Shown in pieces: positions 39,987-48,788 of a stretch of DNA of 64,000 nucleotides. The position numbers and the translations under genes are program-made. The notes beneath the pieces were generated by a model, which was not told where the DNA came from, searched no databases, and worked only from the letters and a program-made list of their open reading frames with translations. Numbering within the stretch: position 1 is the stretch's first letter; each line of letters starts with the position of its first letter. Source of the DNA: Acidobacteriota bacterium. Its GTDB lineage: Bacteria > Acidobacteriota > Vicinamibacteria > Vicinamibacterales > 2-12-FULL-66-21. The stretch is taken from NCBI GenBank assembly GCA_046734955.1, contig JBKPSH010000048.1:20139-84138 (forward strand), given 5' to 3'.

Positions 39987-41293
39987 GACACCGCAACGGG
40001 TTCGGAGCCGGCAAGCGCCAGATCACGCCGTCCTCTCGGCACGACACTCAGGAGCACACGGCGCTCGGGAGCAAGCCAGTCGCGCGCCGCACGCTGCATC
40101 GACGACGCCGTGACGCGACGATACCGATCGAGATCGCGTTCGAAGAACCCTGGATCGCCGATGAACACGTTGTAGGCATTCAACTGATCCGATTTGCCGC
40201 CGAAACCACCGACGGTCTGCAGCCGGTAGACGAAGTTGGCCTCGGCTTGCGCCTGACAGCGCTCGATCTCCCGCGCATTGGGCCCCTCATCGACAAAGCC
40301 CGCGATTGCGCCGGCAATCGCACCCTCCAGTTCGGTCAGCGTCCGACCAGGCGCGGCGGTTGCCACGACCTGAAAGTAGCCGCCCAATTCGCGCGAGTTC
40401 TGCGACGCTGCGATCTCTGTCGCCATTCGTTCGTCGTAGACCAGCGACCGATACAGCCGCGATGTCTTGCCGCTCGCCAGCACCTCGGCGACCAGATCCA
40501 ACTCCGAATCGTCTTCGGCAAAGATCGCGGGTGAGTGCCAGACGACATAAAGCCGTGGAAGCTCAACCCGATCTTCGAGCAGCAGCCGTCTTTCCGTTGC
40601 ATACGGCGCCGGAGCGGTGGCTTCGACACCAGGAGACGGGTCTCCGGTTTCGAGCTCGCCAAAATACCGCGTTGCCAGATCGATGGCTGTCTCCGTGTCG
40701 ACGTCACCCGCCAGCGCGAGTGACGCATTCCGCGGCCGGTAATACATCTGAAAGAACGCGCGCACGTCGTCGAGCCGCGCCGCGCGGATATCGTCGGCCG
40801 CGCCAATCGTCATCCAGCTGTACGGATGATCGGGCGGATACAGCGCCGCCATCATTGCCATGCCGGCAAACCCATACGGACGATTCTCGTAGTTCTGCCG
40901 CCGTTCGTTCAGCACCACTTCGCGCTGGTTCTCAAACTTTGCATCGGTTAGCGCCGGCAGCAGAAATCCCATTCGATCGGACTCCATCCACAAGGCAAGC
41001 TCCAGCGCGTTGGTGGGCACGACCTCCCAGTAATTGGTTCGGTCAGCATTGGTCGAACCATTCAACAACCCGCCCGCTTCCTGCAGCGGCTGAAAGTAGC
41101 CTTTGTCGTAGTGCTCGGAGCCTTCGAACATCAAGTGTTCGAACAAATGGGCGAAGCCGGTCCGGCCGGGTGTCTCGTTCTTCGAGCCGACGTGATACCA
41201 CAGGTTCACGGCGACAATCGGACAGCCATGATCCTCGTGGACGAGGACGTCGAGTCCGTTCTCGAGGGTGTACCGCGAATACGGGATGTTCAT
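39983..41293 (-). CDS. M16B zinc peptidase, catalytic subunit
   Basis: YHVGSKNE, GFAHLFEHLMF (HxxEH), VVLNERR. Confidence 0.95.
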   Translation of the reverse strand: MNIPYSRYTLENGLDVLVHEDHGCPIVAVNLWYHVGSKNETPGRTGFAHLFEHLMFEGSEHYDKGYFQPLQEAGGLLNGSTNADRTNYWEVVPTNALELALWMESDRMGFLLPALTDAKFENQREVVLNERRQNYENRPYGFAGMAMMAALYPPDHPYSWMTIGAADDIRAARLDDVRAFFQMYYRPRNASLALAGDVDTETAIDLATRYFGELETGDPSPGVEATAPAPYATERRLLLEDRVELPRLYVVWHSPAIFAEDDSELDLVAEVLASGKTSRLYRSLVYDERMATEIAASQNSRELGGYFQVVATAAPGRTLTELEGAIAGAIAGFVDEGPNAREIERCQAQAEANFVYRLQTVGGFGGKSDQLNAYNVFIGDPGFFERDLDRYRRVTASSMQRAARDWLAPERRVLLSVVPRGRRDLALAGSEPVAVS

Positions 41294-42387
41294 CTGAAAG
41301 GAACGGCGGTCAAAGGTATGGTCGTCTTCTTGTAGCTGGCGATCGACAGCTGCGCGGCTAACTGACGCGCAGCCGCACGGAACGCATCGGCGGCCGGCGA
41401 CTGTGGTTCCGCAATCGTGATCGGAACACCGGTGTCTCCGCCGATGCGAATCGGCTCGTACAGCGGCACACGGCCAAGGAAAGGAATGGCTAAATCGGCA
41501 GCGAGTTTCTCGCCACCACCCTTGCCGAAGATATCGCTTTCGTGACGGCACTCCGGGCAGACGAAGTGACTCATGTTCTCGATCACGCCGAGGGTCGGCA
41601 CATTCAACTTCTGGTACATCCGGACCGCGCGCCGCGTGTCGGCAACCGACACGGTCTGCGGCGTCGTAACGACGACGCTGCCGGCAACCGGGACGGTCTG
41701 ACTGAGCGTCAACGCCACGTCGCCCGTGCCGGGAGGCATGTCGATGATCAGATAGTCGACGTTTTCCCAACGCGTGCTGCGGAAGAACTGTTGGATGACG
41801 CCGTGCAGCATCGGTCCACGCCAGATGACCGGTGCATCATCGCTCGCGAGAAAGGCCATCGATACGAGCTGAATGCCATATTGGTTCGCCGGGATAATCT
41901 GGCCGCGCTCGTCGCCGGTCAGCTGCGTGCTGATGCCCAGCATGATGGGCACGTTGGGACCGTAGACGTCACCATCGATCATCGCGACGCGACTGCCCAT
42001 CTGGGTCAGCGCGATCGCAAGGTTGACGGCAACCGTTGTCTTGCCGACGCCGCCTTTTCCGGCGCCCACGGCGATGATGTTCTTGACACCGGCGACTGGC
42101 GTCTTCGCGGTATCGACGTTCGACGTCGATCGCACCTGCGACGTCATCTCGATGTCAACAGACGTGACGCCCGGAATCGCCGCGACGGCCTGCCGCGCCT
42201 GTTCGCGCATCTGATCCTTCACCGGACACGCCGGCGTGGTCAGCTCAATCGAAAATGCTACGGCGCCACGCTCGTCAATACGGAGGTTCTTGATGAACTT
42301 CAGCGTCACAATGTCGCGATTGAGATCGGGGTCGCGGACACCTCGAAGCGCGTCGAGGACGGCTGATTCGGAAACGGAGGTATTCAT
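41290..42387 (-). CDS. apbC: Mrp/NBP35 Fe-S cluster carrier ATPase
   Basis: CPVK N-terminal motif, GKGGVGKTT, DMPPGTGD, ENMSHF.CPEC. Confidence 0.95.
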   Translation of the reverse strand: MNTSVSESAVLDALRGVRDPDLNRDIVTLKFIKNLRIDERGAVAFSIELTTPACPVKDQMREQARQAVAAIPGVTSVDIEMTSQVRSTSNVDTAKTPVAGVKNIIAVGAGKGGVGKTTVAVNLAIALTQMGSRVAMIDGDVYGPNVPIMLGISTQLTGDERGQIIPANQYGIQLVSMAFLASDDAPVIWRGPMLHGVIQQFFRSTRWENVDYLIIDMPPGTGDVALTLSQTVPVAGSVVVTTPQTVSVADTRRAVRMYQKLNVPTLGVIENMSHFVCPECRHESDIFGKGGGEKLAADLAIPFLGRVPLYEPIRIGGDTGVPITIAEPQSPAADAFRAAARQLAAQLSIASYKKTTIPLTAVPFR

Positions 42388-42402
42388 GTATCTGGAATTG
42401 TA

Positions 42403-42526
42403 CCGTGATCCGGGATCCGAGATCCGGTGTCCGGGATCCGTTGGCCGGAATCCGGGATCCGTTGGCCGGAATCCGGGATTGCGCCGCTTCTGGCTCCTCG
42501 CTGCTCGCTCCTGACTGCTGGCTGTT
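42403..42526. repeat. Two adjacent heptamer arrays (GATCCGG-type x~11 with a 21-nt super-period; CTSCTGG-type x~6)
   Basis: gatccgg gatccga gatccgg tgtccgg (gatccgt tggccgg aatccgg)x2; cttctgg ctcctcg ctgctcg ctcctga ctgctgg. Confidence 0.85.
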
Positions 42527-42857
42527 AAATGCGCTGTTCGGCGATTTCTCCTGCCACGGGCAGTTTGAATCGCTCACCTTGATACGCCTTGAACATCAGA
42601 ATCAACCAGAGCGCGGCAGAGCCATAGAAGACGAAGATTGACAGAATCCACCCGAGAAACGGGATGGAAAGGCAGACCATGAAGGCCATGCATGCCGTGC
42701 CGAACACCAGCATCGACTGCATGGCGTGAAATCTGACGAAGCTATTCTCCGGCTCGGTGGCGAAAAACAGCAGCCCCGTGATCCATCCGAGTCCGTAACA
42801 CAGAGCCCCGGCGAGATTCTCGTCAAAACCACTGACGGTCTTTTTTGCTGAGACCAT
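42525..42857 (-). CDS. DUF4870-family membrane protein
   Basis: EN.AGALCY, FVRFHAMQS, KAYQGE.FKLP..G pattern. Confidence 0.85.
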   Translation of the reverse strand: MVSAKKTVSGFDENLAGALCYGLGWITGLLFFATEPENSFVRFHAMQSMLVFGTACMAFMVCLSIPFLGWILSIFVFYGSAALWLILMFKAYQGERFKLPVAGEIAEQRI

Positions 42858-42866
42858 TATTTGTAC

Positions 42867-43241
42867 CTACGGCTGTGGGACGAATACAGCGCGCGTTCGG
42901 TTGTGCAGCAGGACCCAGAATGCATAGATGCCGAGGGCCGTTCCAAACGGCAGGATAAAGAGGTTGAGCGCGCCCAGCCATAGAACTGCCAGCCGGCCCC
43001 GCGGATGATTTCGCCGCAGCTGGCGGCCTGCCCACGCGTTGGCGCCGCCGCCAAGCAGGAGCGCGACCGCAAAGGTCGCGAACGCCGCGGCGATGATCCC
43101 GGCGGCCATACGATCGGCACCGGCGCTCATGCCAATGGCGAGAGCCCCGATGGCGAGCAGGAGCATCGACACACCCAGCAGAAGGCCGATTGCCCCCCAC
43201 ACAAGCTGCAGGATGCCGAGCAGATGAAGATGTGCGCGCAA
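42867..43241 (-). CDS. Small multi-TM protein
   Basis: Hydrophobic; PFGTALGIYAFWVL. Confidence 0.75.
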   Translation of the reverse strand: MRAHLHLLGILQLVWGAIGLLLGVSMLLLAIGALAIGMSAGADRMAAGIIAAAFATFAVALLLGGGANAWAGRQLRRNHPRGRLAVLWLGALNLFILPFGTALGIYAFWVLLHNRTRAVFVPQP

Positions 43242-43243
43242 AC

Positions 43244-43861
<618 letters not shown>

Positions 43862-44042
43862 TCAGTACCGACTCAGCCTGCCACGCCGATCGCTGTGGCC
43901 CATAGCAGCACAGCCAAGGCGGGCCTTGTGGCTACGATAGGAGCCGTCTCCTGTGATGTCAACCCGCCTTCGCTCGATTCTGTAATTTTTCGAGCTCCGG
44001 CGAGGCACTGGCTGTATCCGCGCAGCCTGCTACAATTGCAGG

Positions 44043-44183
44043 ATGCGCGAATGCCCGCTCTGCGGAGAATCGATGCGCCTCAGCGAACGTGAAGTCCAGG
44101 ACAGGGATGGGACGATGAGGCACGTGAGCGAGTGGATTTGCCCAGAGTGTGATTACTTCGAAGAAGCCGACGTGGAAGGATAA
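44043..44183 (+). CDS. 46-aa Zn-ribbon microprotein (CPLCG...WICPEC)
   Basis: MRECPLCGESMRLSEREVQDRDGTMRHVSEWICPECDYFEEADVEG*; TGC-TACAAT 6 nt upstream; not in the ORF track. Confidence 0.8.
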   Translation: MRECPLCGESMRLSEREVQDRDGTMRHVSEWICPECDYFEEADVEG

Positions 44184-44405
44184 TCAGCGGGCACCAAGCG
44201 TCAACAGCACTTCGTTCCGAACCTCCTCCTCGAAATCCGCGAAGTTCAGCGCCGTCTCACATTCGTCGCAGAGTACCTCGATTACTGCGGGGCGACCCTC
44301 TTCGTTGGCTTCCACACGCGAGTCGCGCAACTGGACGATATGCATCTGCAGGGTCTTGACCAGAAAGTTCTGGTCGTTCCCGCAGCTCGGACAGGTCAGG
44401 GCCAT
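44184..44405 (-). CDS. 73-aa Zn-ribbon protein (CPSCG...CDEC)
   Basis: Four Cys; GAGAGGAGAG RBS; stop abuts the stop of the previous gene. Confidence 0.8.
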   Translation of the reverse strand: MALTCPSCGNDQNFLVKTLQMHIVQLRDSRVEANEEGRPAVIEVLCDECETALNFADFEEEVRNEVLLTLGAR

Positions 44406-44551
44406 CTAGATCGCTCTCCTCTCGGCCGTTCTCAGGCGGTTCACAAAACCTTCGGATTGTACGAGAACGCGTTTCCCATACGCAATCAAGATCTTCCACG
44501 ATTTTTTGCATTTGCGGGCTAGGGTGTGTCGGCGGGGTATACGATGCTCGT

Positions 44552-44728
44552 ATGTCCGAACGGAATTCGTCGCGTGAAATAAAGTGCGAACAACGCGGAC
44601 CCCACTGGGTGGCGTGGATTCCGGACGGCTCAGGCAAGCCGCTCGGTTCGGTAATTCTTGTCGGGAGAAGCCGGAAGGAAGCAGTCGAACGGGCGAAACG
44701 CTGGGGAGACTTGCAGACGACGAGCTAG
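44552..44728 (+). CDS. 58-aa small protein, HicB-N/dsRBD-like pattern
   Basis: MSERNSSREIKCEQRGPHWVAWIPDGSGKPLGSVILVGRSRKEAVERAKRWGDLQTTS*; TACGAT 6 nt upstream; not in the ORF track. Confidence 0.7.
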   Translation: MSERNSSREIKCEQRGPHWVAWIPDGSGKPLGSVILVGRSRKEAVERAKRWGDLQTTS

Positions 44729-44734
44729 AAATAA

Positions 44735-44983
44735 TTATTCCTCCGAAGTTTCGTCCTCATCGAACTCGTCGGGCTCACCAAGACGCAGAATCTGACCGCT
44801 GGCATGGCCGGCGAGAATGCAGTGCGGTCCCTTCGCTTCGAGCGATACGACCGCCACGTCCCAGGGACGAGCACGATACGCCGCCGCCACGCAGCCGCAC
44901 GGCAGCCCCTCGAGCGCCTCGAGCTCGAAGACAGTTGTCGTCGTGGGCCTTCCGTGGTTCAGCGCACTCGCAGGAATTGACAT
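44735..44983 (-). CDS. 82-aa protein with CGC...C...H motif and acidic tail
   Basis: GGGAGG RBS; LPCGCV...GPHCILAGH...DEFDEDETSEE. Confidence 0.7.
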   Translation of the reverse strand: MSIPASALNHGRPTTTTVFELEALEGLPCGCVAAAYRARPWDVAVVSLEAKGPHCILAGHASGQILRLGEPDEFDEDETSEE

Positions 44984-44996
44984 TCCGCACCTCCCT

Positions 44997-45195
44997 GACG
45001 CCGGGGAGGGATGCAATCCCGGCGCCAGTTATCCATTTAGACCGTCGCCTTTCAGGTTTGGTTCCCTTCATCCCGTAAGGCATTGATGTACCGTAAGTTC
45101 CGTGTGCCTGCCGGCGGCCGTTCAGTCGGCGGCTGCTGACATCAATGGGCTACAAAGGAACGCCCCTCGGAGTGCAACCCCGGTTTGCCTGGACC
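44997..45195 (-). ncRNA. Candidate structured cis-regulatory RNA (unassigned)
   Basis: Nested stems 45061-68/45154-61 and 45081-89/45139-47; two UUGCA-loop hairpins (45169-81, 45008-20); 9-bp stem 44997-45026 next to the RBS. Confidence 0.45.
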
Positions 45196-45410
45196 GAACT
45201 CGCTCAATAGACATGGCTTAGAGACCGCCGCGCGTCATGTGCCGAACCATCACATGACGAACGAAAACCGGAAGTGAGGAGCATGGAGACGGTTTGGCGT
45301 CCTCGGACGAATCACTTGATTACAGAATTGAGAGTGGAGAGCGGAAACCTGCTGAATGGGAAAGCCCTTCCCAAGTGAATAAGTGAGTAAGGGTGAGAAT
45401 TGGTGTTTTC

Positions 45411-48400
45411 TTAATCGGCGTAAACGAGACGGCCGGTAACCGGTGCGTCGGGGAAAAGTAAGGTCGCCGCTTCGACATATAACTCGAGTTGCCGCTGATG
45501 TGAGGTCTTAGGCCTGCCCGTCTTGAACTCGATAACCACGACAGATCGGTCGTCGTGTTGAACGATGCAATCAATCGCGCCGCGAAGAATCACTGCCTGG
45601 TTGTCGCGTCTGCTGATCATCGAGAACGGAACCTCATGCATCACCCGGCCGGACGAAAAAAGACTTGCGACATCCTCGCGCGCAGACAGGCGGCGCCAGA
45701 CTCGAACGGTTTCCTCGATGATTTCGTCGAGGTTTTCCATACCGGCGCCTTCATCTGGACGCAGAAGCGTGCGTGTGAACGCAAGCTCGGCAGTTGGGTC
45801 CGGCGAGACTAGCCGGCCAGAGTGAAACAACCGATGAACAAGGATTCCGGCTGTAAGGTTGCCGCGGCTGCCGCCGTCTGGACCCTCGGACGCGGCACTT
45901 TCTGCAATCCAGTCACTGACGGAAATCCTCGTGACCGTCTCGTCCCTCAGTGGTCCGAAGCGAGTGAGCCGTCCGGTCCCGACACGCGGATCCGGTTCAA
46001 GCATTTTTTCAAGAACGTTCGGCAGGCTGCAGACCCGCCACTCGTATGTGCGTCCGCGAAGGGAATGAGAGATGAGCGTGCCGTCGTTTCCGGGCATCAC
46101 AGCGGCCACTCGGTTGAATAATTCCTTGATTGCGTCCGGGAGAACTTCTGCAAGACTGCCTCGCCCTGGGGCGAGATTGCCATCTTTCAACAGCGACGAC
46201 AGATACAACCGATCGCGCGCCCTGGTCATGGCCACGTAGAGCAACCGACGAGTCTCCTGCTTCTCCCGATTCCGTTCTGCCTCGTCTGTTTCCGAGACGA
46301 ATGGGCCAATCGACACTGCCGGTGCATTCCCCTCACCGTCGACAATGATCCGCACCGGATCGGGCGGTCCCGTCGCGCCTCGTGCAAGGTTGACGACGAA
46401 GACAATTGGAAACTCGAGGCCCTTCGCGGCATGAACGGTCATCAGGTTCACGGCGTCGAGCGCCTCGATGACGGCATTGGATTCATCGCCCGGGGTCAAG
46501 GCATCGATGTGATCGGCGATCCGCTTGAGCGTGGCGTATCCGCGGTTCTGAATGCGCCGCACCAATCCGCGCATCTTCTTCAGGTTTTCCCAAGCCTGCG
46601 GACGTCGAGGTCCGGACAGTTCAAACGCGTAGGCGCTCTCGCGCATGATCCGCTCGATGAGATCTGCTGGCGGCATGTGATCGACACAAGCCAGCCATCC
46701 ATGAACATGCGCCCGCAGGTGCTCCAACACCCCCCGATCCTCGTCGTCGAGCGCAGCGAGCGTGGCTGGCGCCGTGTAATCGATGATTGCCGATGCCAGC
46801 CCTGGAGCAAGCCGCGCAAGCGCCGCATCCGAAAGCCGGATGAACCGTGCACGGAGAAATGCCGCCGCGCGCAAATCGGAGTCTGGTTCCGCGAGAAAGC
46901 GAATCAACGCGGAGACGTCCTTGATCTCGTCCGCATCGAAAAACCCGAGGCCCTTGTACACATACGCCGGGATGCCACGCGTCTCGAGCGCCTCCTGGAA
47001 TTCACGGTGGCTCGTGCGCGATCGGAAAAGAATCGCGATATCACCAGGCCTGGCCGTGCGTGCAACTCCCGATTCGCGATCGCGAACTGTTTCCCCGCTG
47101 ATGAGTCGCGCGATTTCGTTCGCGACGGCGGCGGCGCACTGTTCGAGATCAGCGGCTGCCGAAATCCCAAGAACGACGGCGCGCTTTTCGGAAACAGCGT
47201 CTACGGGAAAGGTATCGGCCTCAGTGTAGGTGAAGTCGTCGGGGCGGATGCTCGGTTGCGAGATCTCGCTGAACAGGTCGTTCACGAATTCGAGCAACTG
47301 AGGAACCGCGCGAAAGCTTCGTCGGATGGACTGCCGTGGATTGCCTGCGGGTCGAAGGCCTTCGATATAGCGGGCCGCCTCCTGCATGACCGCGACTTCG
47401 GCATCGCGGAAGCGGTAGATCGACTGCTTCCGATCGCCGACAATGAAAATTGACGGTTCCGTCGCCAGGCCCATTCCCTCGCCCCACGACTGGATGAGAA
47501 GGGAGATGAGTTCCCATTGCGCGCGACTGGTATCCTGGAATTCGTCGACGAGCACGTGATGGTAGCGTGACTCGAGACGAAATCGGCTTTGGGAAAACTC
47601 GTCCATTTGGCGCAGCAAATCCAGCGCGCGCTGTAACACATCGCTGAAATCCAGCACCGACCGTTCGTTCAGGGCCCGCCGATACTGATCGAGTGCAATC
47701 GCAAACATGTGCCTGACGCCGCGCGCCAGCACTGCGTTCAGGTCGCGCGCGAACACTTCCAGCACGCGCTCGATCTCCGGCGCGATCTGAAAAACGACCG
47801 CTCGATGCTGCTTTGCGTGTTCAGTGGATCGGTAATCTCTGTCGCCCCGATAGGGCGGAATGCCGCCGCTGCGCCGTGGCGCGCCGTCCGCCGTCAGGAA
47901 GTGCGTCCCTGCGCGATCGAGCACGGCACGAATCTCGGCATTGCTGCATCCGTCGACATTCGCGAATCGGCGCAAGTCCGCGAGGAGCAACTGGTAGCGA
48001 GGATGCTCGACAGGCCCCTGTGCCAGAAAGCCGGCGAGTCCGCCGGGCACATTCCGAAGGGCATCCTGCAGTGCCTTCGCTGCCTGGCGACACACCCATT
48101 GCGCGGACAGATCCTTCGGTCCTCGCGCCAGAAAGCGGTCAAGCGCTTTCCAGGCGACGAGTCGTCGATCGAGAAGAAGTGCCAGCCCGAGGCGAGTCCG
48201 CGACACACCCAGTTGCGCGAGCACGAGTGCAATGTCGGGATTGCGCCGAGCCTCCGCCGCGAAGATGCGCATTGATCGATCCAGCGACTCGTCGATAAGG
48301 CGCGGCACCTCAGTCTCATCCGCCATGTCGAAGCCGGGATCGAGATCGGCTTCGAGCGGAAACTCACGGAGCAGCGAAAGACAGAAGGCGTCGATCGTGC

Positions 48401-48788
48401 TGATCGAGATGTCTGCCAGTCGATCGCGCACGTCGTTCCATCGGGCACGGTCGAATTCAGAATGCGCCGCCGCGATCTTCAGTTCGCGAATGATTCGCTC
48501 GCGCATTTCGGCTGCGGCCTTGCGCGTAAACGTCATCGCGAGGATGTTGGCGGGATCGACGCCTGCCTTTAGAAGGTTGATGTAACGCCATACGAGTACC
48601 GAGGTCTTGCCGGTGCCGGCAGAAGCTTCAAGGACAACGTTCTGAGCGGGATCAACGGCGAACTGGCGCGCACGTGCGTCCGGATCGGCGGGAGCCGGCA
48701 CAACCGCGACGGCCGTCAGTTCAGGATCCATCGGCCCGAACAGGGACAGTTGCGAAGACCTGGAATCCCGAGAGGCGGAGTTACTCAT
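45411..48788 (-). CDS. addA: UvrD-type helicase/nuclease (AddA-like)
   Basis: ASAGTGKT, TFTRKAA, VDEFQD, VGDRKQSIYRFR, TVHAAKGLEF, YVAMTRAR and a C-terminal GAID...EFKTG. Confidence 0.9.
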   Translation of the reverse strand: MSNSASRDSRSSQLSLFGPMDPELTAVAVVPAPADPDARARQFAVDPAQNVVLEASAGTGKTSVLVWRYINLLKAGVDPANILAMTFTRKAAAEMRERIIRELKIAAAHSEFDRARWNDVRDRLADISISTIDAFCLSLLREFPLEADLDPGFDMADETEVPRLIDESLDRSMRIFAAEARRNPDIALVLAQLGVSRTRLGLALLLDRRLVAWKALDRFLARGPKDLSAQWVCRQAAKALQDALRNVPGGLAGFLAQGPVEHPRYQLLLADLRRFANVDGCSNAEIRAVLDRAGTHFLTADGAPRRSGGIPPYRGDRDYRSTEHAKQHRAVVFQIAPEIERVLEVFARDLNAVLARGVRHMFAIALDQYRRALNERSVLDFSDVLQRALDLLRQMDEFSQSRFRLESRYHHVLVDEFQDTSRAQWELISLLIQSWGEGMGLATEPSIFIVGDRKQSIYRFRDAEVAVMQEAARYIEGLRPAGNPRQSIRRSFRAVPQLLEFVNDLFSEISQPSIRPDDFTYTEADTFPVDAVSEKRAVVLGISAAADLEQCAAAVANEIARLISGETVRDRESGVARTARPGDIAILFRSRTSHREFQEALETRGIPAYVYKGLGFFDADEIKDVSALIRFLAEPDSDLRAAAFLRARFIRLSDAALARLAPGLASAIIDYTAPATLAALDDEDRGVLEHLRAHVHGWLACVDHMPPADLIERIMRESAYAFELSGPRRPQAWENLKKMRGLVRRIQNRGYATLKRIADHIDALTPGDESNAVIEALDAVNLMTVHAAKGLEFPIVFVVNLARGATGPPDPVRIIVDGEGNAPAVSIGPFVSETDEAERNREKQETRRLLYVAMTRARDRLYLSSLLKDGNLAPGRGSLAEVLPDAIKELFNRVAAVMPGNDGTLISHSLRGRTYEWRVCSLPNVLEKMLEPDPRVGTGRLTRFGPLRDETVTRISVSDWIAESAASEGPDGGSRGNLTAGILVHRLFHSGRLVSPDPTAELAFTRTLLRPDEGAGMENLDEIIEETVRVWRRLSAREDVASLFSSGRVMHEVPFSMISRRDNQAVILRGAIDCIVQHDDRSVVVIEFKTGRPKTSHQRQLELYVEAATLLFPDAPVTGRLVYAD

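Noticed and set aside
41294-41770. N-terminal extension of the M16 peptidase (595 aa)
   Set aside because: It overlaps apbC in another frame; the ATG at 41293 forms the usual ATGA overlap.
44671-44684. CCGGAAGGAAGCAG resembling the SRP RNA domain IV
   Set aside because: It lacks the upstream CAGG half and the flanking stem, and it lies inside the 58-aa ORF (codons for SRKEA).
45040-45200. 6S RNA call for the rod-like structure
   Set aside because: No symmetric central bubble and none of the usual 6S gene neighbours; kept only as an unassigned structured RNA.
45283-45378. 31-aa ORF METVWRPR... with a GAGGAG RBS
   Set aside because: No motif or compositional support; cannot be told from chance.
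45490-45570. AddA nuclease motif reading IEFKTG instead of IDYKTG, suggesting inactivation
   Set aside because: PD-(D/E)xK accepts Glu and the upstream GAID and the Lys are intact, so there is no evidence of loss.
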